Origin: an uncultured bacterium
Lineage (GTDB): Bacteria; Bacillota; Clostridia; Lachnospirales; Lachnospiraceae
Reading direction: 5' to 3'
DNA: 64,000 nucleotides
Assembly: GCA_947643595.1 (NCBI GenBank)
Contig: CANRWP010000013.1
Span: 263 to 64,262, forward strand
Within the stretch, counting starts at the first letter, position 1. Every line of letters begins with the position of its first letter. The notes beneath the pieces are model-generated. The model did not search any database. It was not told the DNA's origin and saw only the letters and a list, made by a program, of their open reading frames with translations. Shown in pieces: positions 58,493-64,000 of this stretch. The translations under genes and the position numbers were made by a program.

Positions 58493-60543
58493 GAGATCGC
58501 CCCTTCCTGTGTCATAGCATCCAGTGTATTTTTTATAATCGAGATCGCTTCCATCAGAGAAACGTCCTCCATCTGGCAGCCGGCAATGTTCATGTGCCCG
58601 CCGCCGCCTAATCTCTCCATAATGATCTGCACGTTCACTTCGTCTATCGATCTTGCACTGACATAGACCTGATTCTGATAATCTGTCAAAACAAAGCTCG
58701 CTTTTACTCCCTTGATATTCAGCAGCTCGTTCGCGGCCTGCGCCCCCACCACGGTAGGGCTCTGGAGATCTTCACTGGTACAGATGGAAATGGCGTACGA
58801 ATTTTTATAGATCTCCGCCTGACTGACCGTATCAGCCCTCGCCTTATATTCGTTGGCATCCTCCCTGAACAGCTTTCTGACACGTGTCACATCCGCACCG
58901 TTTCTGCGCAAAAACGCCGCTGCCTCAAAGGTGCGCACACCGGTCTTCGTCATAAAATTGTTGGTGTCTATCATAATGCCAGAATACATACAATCCGCCT
59001 CATCCGGTCTGATCCGGATGTTATCGCCGATATACTGCAGAATTTCCGATACCATCTCACAGGCCGACGACGCATAGGCCTCCACATAGGACAGCGTCGC
59101 ATTTTCTATCGTCTCCGAGCCCCGCCTGTGATGGTCCAGCACCACGATCGATTTACAGGATTTCAAGAGTCCCGGACACTCCGTAATGCTCGGCTTGTCC
59201 ACATCCACCACCACCAGCACGGAATTGCTTCCCGCCAGCTCCAGCGCGGTCGTGCTGTTTATGATCATATCTTCCTCATAATCCGGATTATCCCGGAAAA
59301 GTTGTACAAAGGGCTGGATCGACGTCGTCACATCATCGATCACAATATGAGCCCTCTTTTCCAGCGTGAGGGCAATCCGGTAGATCCCCACCGCCGAGCC
59401 GAAGCTGTCTATATCCGCCAGACGGTGTCCCATAATGATCACACGGTCTTTGCCGGTAATGATTTCCCGCAGCGCCTGCGCTTTCACACGGGCTTTCACC
59501 CTGGTATTCTTCTCTACCTGCTGGCTCTTACCCCCGTAATAAGCGACGTTCTCCGGCGTCTTCACCACCGCCTGATCACCGCCGCGCCCCAGCGCCAGAT
59601 CGATCGCGTTCCGCGCGAACTCGTAATTCTGTGCGTAGGTCAGGCCATCCAGGCCCATACCGATACTCAGCGTGACAGCCATTTCGTTACCGATATTGAC
59701 CGTCTTCACATCCTCCAGCACGTCAAAACGGTCGCCCTTCAGCTGCTCCACCGCTTTTTTTCGCATGATGACAAGATATTTATCTTTTTCCAGCTTTTTC
59801 GCAATGCCGTCCAGCGCGGAAATATATTTATTCACTTTCCGGTCGATCAGGGCAATCAGGAGGGAACGCCGTACTTCCTCCACGCTCTCCAGCGCTTCGT
59901 CGTAATTGTCCAGATAGATGAGTCCCACCGCAAGGCTCTGATCGTCAATTTCTCTCAGAGCGATTTTAAGGGCAGTCTCATCAAAAAGGTATATCGCAAC
60001 CAGGTAGCCATCGTATCCTTCCGCCTCGATGATGTCACTGTTCATAGCCATCTCTTTCAACGAAATTTTGCGGGCTTTTACATGAAAATCACGATTCTCA
60101 AAATCTACATCCATCTCCGTGAAGACATCCCCGTTGCGCCCCGGAAGCTTGTCCCTCGTCATCCCGGGAAACAGCGTAGTGATAGACTTTTTATAGCCTT
60201 TCTCCTTATGTACCAGATTTTCAAACTCTTTGTTGGTCCATATCACTTTTCCCTGATCGTCGAGCAACGCATGAGGCAGATCCAGGTCGCGGAGAAGCCT
60301 TCTCTGTATCTGTCCATACTGTGTGGCGAAACTGATCAGCTCATTCATAATGACCGGCTTAATATGAAGATACACCGCTGTGTCAGCAATGAAATAGACA
60401 ACGATAAACGCCGCCAGCAATATCCCCGCTTTCACATCGAATGTAAATACTCCGACGTCGATCAACAGCATAAGAAATCCCATATAGAGCATAAAACTAA
60501 ATTGGAATTTCAGTTTACCTTTTAATTTTATTTTATTTTTCAT
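58489..60543 (-). CDS. gdpP: c-di-AMP phosphodiesterase (TM-PAS-GGDEF-DHH-DHHA1)
   Basis: ALGRGGDQ, DHH, GGGGH; conserved rpsR-gdpP-rplI order. Confidence 0.92.
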   Translation of the reverse strand: MKNKIKLKGKLKFQFSFMLYMGFLMLLIDVGVFTFDVKAGILLAAFIVVYFIADTAVYLHIKPVIMNELISFATQYGQIQRRLLRDLDLPHALLDDQGKVIWTNKEFENLVHKEKGYKKSITTLFPGMTRDKLPGRNGDVFTEMDVDFENRDFHVKARKISLKEMAMNSDIIEAEGYDGYLVAIYLFDETALKIALREIDDQSLAVGLIYLDNYDEALESVEEVRRSLLIALIDRKVNKYISALDGIAKKLEKDKYLVIMRKKAVEQLKGDRFDVLEDVKTVNIGNEMAVTLSIGMGLDGLTYAQNYEFARNAIDLALGRGGDQAVVKTPENVAYYGGKSQQVEKNTRVKARVKAQALREIITGKDRVIIMGHRLADIDSFGSAVGIYRIALTLEKRAHIVIDDVTTSIQPFVQLFRDNPDYEEDMIINSTTALELAGSNSVLVVVDVDKPSITECPGLLKSCKSIVVLDHHRRGSETIENATLSYVEAYASSACEMVSEILQYIGDNIRIRPDEADCMYSGIMIDTNNFMTKTGVRTFEAAAFLRRNGADVTRVRKLFREDANEYKARADTVSQAEIYKNSYAISICTSEDLQSPTVVGAQAANELLNIKGVKASFVLTDYQNQVYVSARSIDEVNVQIIMERLGGGGHMNIAGCQMEDVSLMEAISIIKNTLDAMTQEGAIS

Positions 60544-60702
60544 AGTTCGTCCTTCACATCATTCCTAAAAACTCATATAGAGTTAGTATACCATTTTTGT
60601 CCAAAAGATGCCATCACATTTTATAGGCTATTTTTGTCTAAAAACACTATATTTTGTGCAAAACGTCCTTATTTTGTCAAAAAATGCGTAAAAATACATA
60701 AA

Positions 60703-60737
60703 AATAAACCAACTGCCCTGCAGAGCAGTCGGTTTAT
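60703..60737 (-). terminator. Terminator after rpsR
   Basis: ATAAACC-A-ACTGC / GCAGT-C-GGTTTAT inverted repeat. Confidence 0.7.
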
Positions 60738-60756
60738 CCTCATTCTGTATCGCTTA

Positions 60757-61020
60757 TTAATCCTGAATATAAGGCATGATCGCCAGATGTCTCGCTCTCT
60801 TGATCGCGGTAGTGAGCGCTCTCTGATGCCTTGCACAGTTTCCGGTAATTCTTCTGGGAAGAATTTTACCTCTCTCAGATACATACCTTTTTAATTTGGC
60901 CGCATCCTTATAATCGATCACATTATCTTTTCCACAAAAAACACAAACTTTTTTTCTTCTGCGAATTCCGCCTCTTCTCTTCATCGGAGAATCAGCTTTG
61001 TCTGTTTTATTATAAGCCAT
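60757..61020 (-). CDS. rpsR: 30S ribosomal protein S18
   Basis: [21 protein letters not shown]. Confidence 0.97.
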   Translation of the reverse strand: MAYNKTDKADSPMKRRGGIRRRKKVCVFCGKDNVIDYKDAAKLKRYVSERGKILPRRITGNCARHQRALTTAIKRARHLAIMPYIQD

Positions 61021-61047
61021 TTGAATGCCTCCTATCTGAACCTGATT

Positions 61048-61497
61048 TTAATTGAACGGCAGATCCTCGTCTATTCCATCCGGAATGTTCATAAATCCGT
61101 CTCCCGCTCCGGAAGGTGCCGGTCTGCCGCTTCCTGCATTGCCCCCATCAGAACCCGGATTGCTGTTTTTGCTCTCAGCAAACTCCTGATCCTCCACCAC
61201 TACTTCCGTAGTGTAAACAGTCTGTCCATCTCTGTTGGTATAACTGCCGGTCTGGATTCTTCCCGACACGGCAATTTTTGTCCCTTTTCTCAGATATCTC
61301 TCCGCAAACTCTCCGCTTTTACCAAATGCCACGCAGCTGATAAAATCCGCGGTCTGCTGATTATCACCGCCATTATTGCGGTTGAACCTGCGGTCCACCG
61401 CAAGAGTATATCTTGCGATCGCCAAAGGGGATTCCCCCTGGGAATATCTCACTTCGGGATCTCTTGTCAGACGTCCCATAAGTATTACTTTATTCAT
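61048..61497 (-). CDS. ssb: Single-stranded DNA-binding protein
   Basis: MNKVILMGRLTRDPE, C-terminal DEDLPF. Confidence 0.97.
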   Translation of the reverse strand: MNKVILMGRLTRDPEVRYSQGESPLAIARYTLAVDRRFNRNNGGDNQQTADFISCVAFGKSGEFAERYLRKGTKIAVSGRIQTGSYTNRDGQTVYTTEVVVEDQEFAESKNSNPGSDGGNAGSGRPAPSGAGDGFMNIPDGIDEDLPFN

Positions 61498-61510
61498 ACG
61501 TTCTCCTATT

Positions 61511-61801
61511 CTATTTCTCGTCCTGTTTCACGCACAAATACCTGATCACTCCGTCCATAATGCGCATACGGCTCTCAATCTCCGCCGGCGCGGATGTCTC
61601 AGCGTCAAACTGAATGAAGTAATAGAAGCCCTCTTTCATCTTCTGGATCTCGTAGGCAAGCCTCTTCTTACCCCAGTCATCCACATTTGTGATCTGGCCG
61701 CCGAATCTCTCGATCAGGGCTTTCGCCTTTTCCACAACTGCTGCCCTGTCTTCTTCTTCGAGTTTTGCGCTAACAACAACGGCTAATTCATACTTTGTCA
61801 T
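61511..61801 (-). CDS. rpsF: 30S ribosomal protein S6
   Basis: MTKYEL, WGKKRLAYEI. Confidence 0.97.
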   Translation of the reverse strand: MTKYELAVVVSAKLEEEDRAAVVEKAKALIERFGGQITNVDDWGKKRLAYEIQKMKEGFYYFIQFDAETSAPAEIESRMRIMDGVIRYLCVKQDEK

Positions 61802-61808
61802 GTTAGTT

Positions 61809-61852
61809 ACCTCCTTTTGGTCTCTGGCCCCCGCCTGCAGCGAGAGCAAGGA
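61809..61852 (-). ncRNA. S6:S18 ribosomal protein leader
   Basis: Minus strand TCCTTGCTC...GGGGCCAGAGACCAAAAGGAGGT sequestering the RBS, typical of the Firmicutes rpsF leader. Confidence 0.7.
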
Positions 61853-61952
61853 ATATATATATCACGGACATATATTCTAGCACGAACGCCTTCCAAAATC
61901 AAGCAAATTCAAAAAATATTTTCACATATTAATAACAATTCAGCCCAGGTGT

Positions 61953-62666
61953 CTACAACTCCGAAAATATCTCACCGATATTACCTTTTACAATGAGATC
62001 CGCCATCCCGTCTCTCGATGTCGGCGTCTTATTGATGAGCACCAGTTTATTGCCCCGGTAATAATCTATGAGCCCTGCCGCAGGGTAGACTGCCAGAGAA
62101 GTCCCGCCGATGATCAACACATCCGCCTCCTGAATATGGCGCACTGCAGATGATAATGTGTTATTGTCAAGCCCTTCCTCATAGAGAACTACATCCGGCT
62201 TGATCGTCCCGCCGCAGTCACACTTCGGGACCCCCTCCGAATTTTTGACTGCCTCCACATCGTAAAACTTTCCGCAGTTTTCACAGTAATTGCGCAGTAC
62301 GCTGCCGTGCAGTTCCAGGACGTTTTTGCTCCCCGCCTTCTGGTGAAGTCCGTCTATGTTCTGTGTGACGACAGCCTTCAGCTTTCCCTGTGCTTCCCAC
62401 TCGGCCAGTTTTTTGTGCGCCGCATTGGGCTCCGCATCCAGATACAGCATCTTGTCTCTGTAAAACTGAAAAAACTCCTCCGTCTTCGACCGAAAGAACG
62501 TATGGCTCAAAATGGTCTCCGGCGGATAGGCATACTTCTGATGGTATAATCCGTCCGTACTACGGAAATCGGGAATACCGCTCTCCGTAGATACTCCTGC
62601 TCCTCCAAAAAACACAATATTATCGCTCTCGTCGATCCATTTTTTTAAAGTGTCCGGTCCCGCCAT
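61953..62666 (-). CDS. cobB: Sirtuin NAD-dependent deacylase
   Basis: GAGVSTESGIPDFR, TQNIDGLH, HGS, KPDVVLY. Confidence 0.94.
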   Translation of the reverse strand: MAGPDTLKKWIDESDNIVFFGGAGVSTESGIPDFRSTDGLYHQKYAYPPETILSHTFFRSKTEEFFQFYRDKMLYLDAEPNAAHKKLAEWEAQGKLKAVVTQNIDGLHQKAGSKNVLELHGSVLRNYCENCGKFYDVEAVKNSEGVPKCDCGGTIKPDVVLYEEGLDNNTLSSAVRHIQEADVLIIGGTSLAVYPAAGLIDYYRGNKLVLINKTPTSRDGMADLIVKGNIGEIFSEL

Positions 62667-62770
62667 AATTTTACCCCCCGACTCACATAAAGTACATTCA
62701 CACTATTTTTCTTTCGAAATATTATATCACTATTCATCGGAAAAATCTATATTTCTGAGCGTTTCGGACA

Positions 62771-63682
62771 CTATAATGCATTTCTCCCCTCATTTATCCC
62801 AAACCGGATATAGTGCTGATAATACAGCGGAAGATTTTCGCCGAATGCTTTCTGCAGGTCGGAGTATCTGGCTTTATATTCCAGTACGTTGAACATATCG
62901 GCCGCCTGTCTGCCCTCTCTCATCCCATGTACAATAAAATGATGAAACAGTGCCGGCACATTATTTCCATATGCCGCTTCTAAGTCTTTGTATCTGTCGA
63001 GGTAGTATTTTGCGTCAAATACAGGCGAATAATCCAGCCCGCCATATACCGTTTCGGCAGTCACTGCGGAGGTCCGATCCCCATACCAGATGTTCATATC
63101 CACATTGCCCCGAATTCCCGGTATCCGTCCAGCGTTGCTGTACTGCCACCCTTCCAGCCTGTGTTTGATTACCGGTTTTTTGTCCGCGGGCGGCTCCGAT
63201 GATGCTGTCATTCTCTTTCCGGACGGATAACGAGCGATCCAGAAGTTGCATATGACAGATGGCGCGTACGGTCTGATATAGCTGTTGTAAAAGGAAAGCC
63301 CTGTATATACGCCAAACTCCAGTCCTGCATTCTCAATGATCTTCTGATATGCCCTGATCATGTCGATCAGTTCCTTTCCTATCCCTTTCTGAACGGGATC
63401 CTCCACATCCAGCCACACTTTTGCCTTTCTGCCTGCCAGAATGGATAGCACACTCTTTGCATCGTATACCGCTTTTGATTCTGTGGCCGCGTAGGAATAG
63501 TTATACACGCCCTCGACAGGAATTCCCGCCGACTGACAGCCGGCCCAGTTACTCTCAAACTGTTTGTCCGGATTTAAATCCTTTCGGATTATCTTCAGTA
63601 TCGCCCCTTCCATTCCAGATTCTTTTACTTTCTTCCAGTCAATGTGTCCGTTGTAATCCGATACATCGATCATTTTTCCCAA
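62771..63682 (-). CDS. GH25 lysozyme with C-terminal tandem repeats
   Basis: IDVSDYNG, WLDVED, WQYS, VDMN, then two YxDL..A.G.N....H...G..EGR repeats. Confidence 0.88.
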   Translation of the reverse strand: MGKMIDVSDYNGHIDWKKVKESGMEGAILKIIRKDLNPDKQFESNWAGCQSAGIPVEGVYNYSYAATESKAVYDAKSVLSILAGRKAKVWLDVEDPVQKGIGKELIDMIRAYQKIIENAGLEFGVYTGLSFYNSYIRPYAPSVICNFWIARYPSGKRMTASSEPPADKKPVIKHRLEGWQYSNAGRIPGIRGNVDMNIWYGDRTSAVTAETVYGGLDYSPVFDAKYYLDRYKDLEAAYGNNVPALFHHFIVHGMREGRQAADMFNVLEYKARYSDLQKAFGENLPLYYQHYIRFGINEGRNAL

Positions 63683-63860
63683 TTTATTGCGCCTCCTGAC
63701 TATCCATGCCGCAGCATTCGCCGATCTCTCGCTTTAATATATGCATCTGAAGCATTCGGAGTCACAATTTTTCGGATACCCTGACGAAGGAGCCAGGTAT
63801 GCCTTCTATTTATCAGTTCTATTCGGATCAATCTTTCATCGCTTCTTTTCATCAACTGCC

Positions 63861-64000
63861 TCAACGGCCAAAAATCCTCTGTGCCCTGCGCATATTTTCC
63901 GATGCATCAATACCAAAGGGACACCTTCTTGTGCAGGAACCGCAATGGATACAGTCCTCCCCTGCCGCCGGCAAAGCCGCATACCGCTCCCTCAATTCAT
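63861..64000 (-). CDS. 3' end of a 4Fe-4S protein (probably an aldo/keto reductase); 5' part outside the window
   Basis: ...ELRERYAALPAAGEDCIHCGSCTRRCPFGIDASENMRRAQRIFGR*. Confidence 0.7.
   Translation of the reverse strand, partial: ELRERYAALPAAGEDCIHCGSCTRRCPFGIDASENMRRAQRIFGR

Noticed and set aside
61953-62666. Sirtuin as an anti-phage (Thoeris/DSR) effector
   Set aside because: Short canonical CobB with Zn-binding cysteines and no defence partners.

Overview
Chromosomal window from a spore-forming Clostridia bacterium, probably Lachnospiraceae-like (inferred from gene content and order). It likely lies near oriC: it carries rpsF-ssb-rpsR-gdpP-rplI-dnaB, mfd-pth-spoVG and spoVT, and most genes are on the minus strand. 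From about 14.3 kb to 64 kb it is mostly housekeeping: nucleoside ABC uptake and salvage, glgCD, murC, a DnaD/DnaC-like loader pair, prs, tRNA-Gly, preQ1 and Mn riboswitches, spore hydrolases, mecA and the PFL locus. The first 14.2 kb is an accessory block after the spoVT terminator: hypothetical gene, LytTR regulator, GHKL kinase, a 46-aa lanthipeptide precursor missed by the ORF track, LanM, and a >2700-aa secreted RHS/YD protein also missed by the track. Matching AgrA-like tandem repeats sit at the same distance from an extended -10 in front of both the regulatory operon and the RHS gene. This suggests an agr-like circuit with a lanthipeptide signal controlling an RHS protein. Other notable items are a split pyruvate formate-lyase with a standalone glycyl-radical subunit and a Cys-rich GrcA look-alike, a minimal PilT-only type IV filament-like operon with a transglutaminase, a DnaA-box cluster and a candidate structured RNA. 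All family assignments come from motif recognition by eye; no searches were run.
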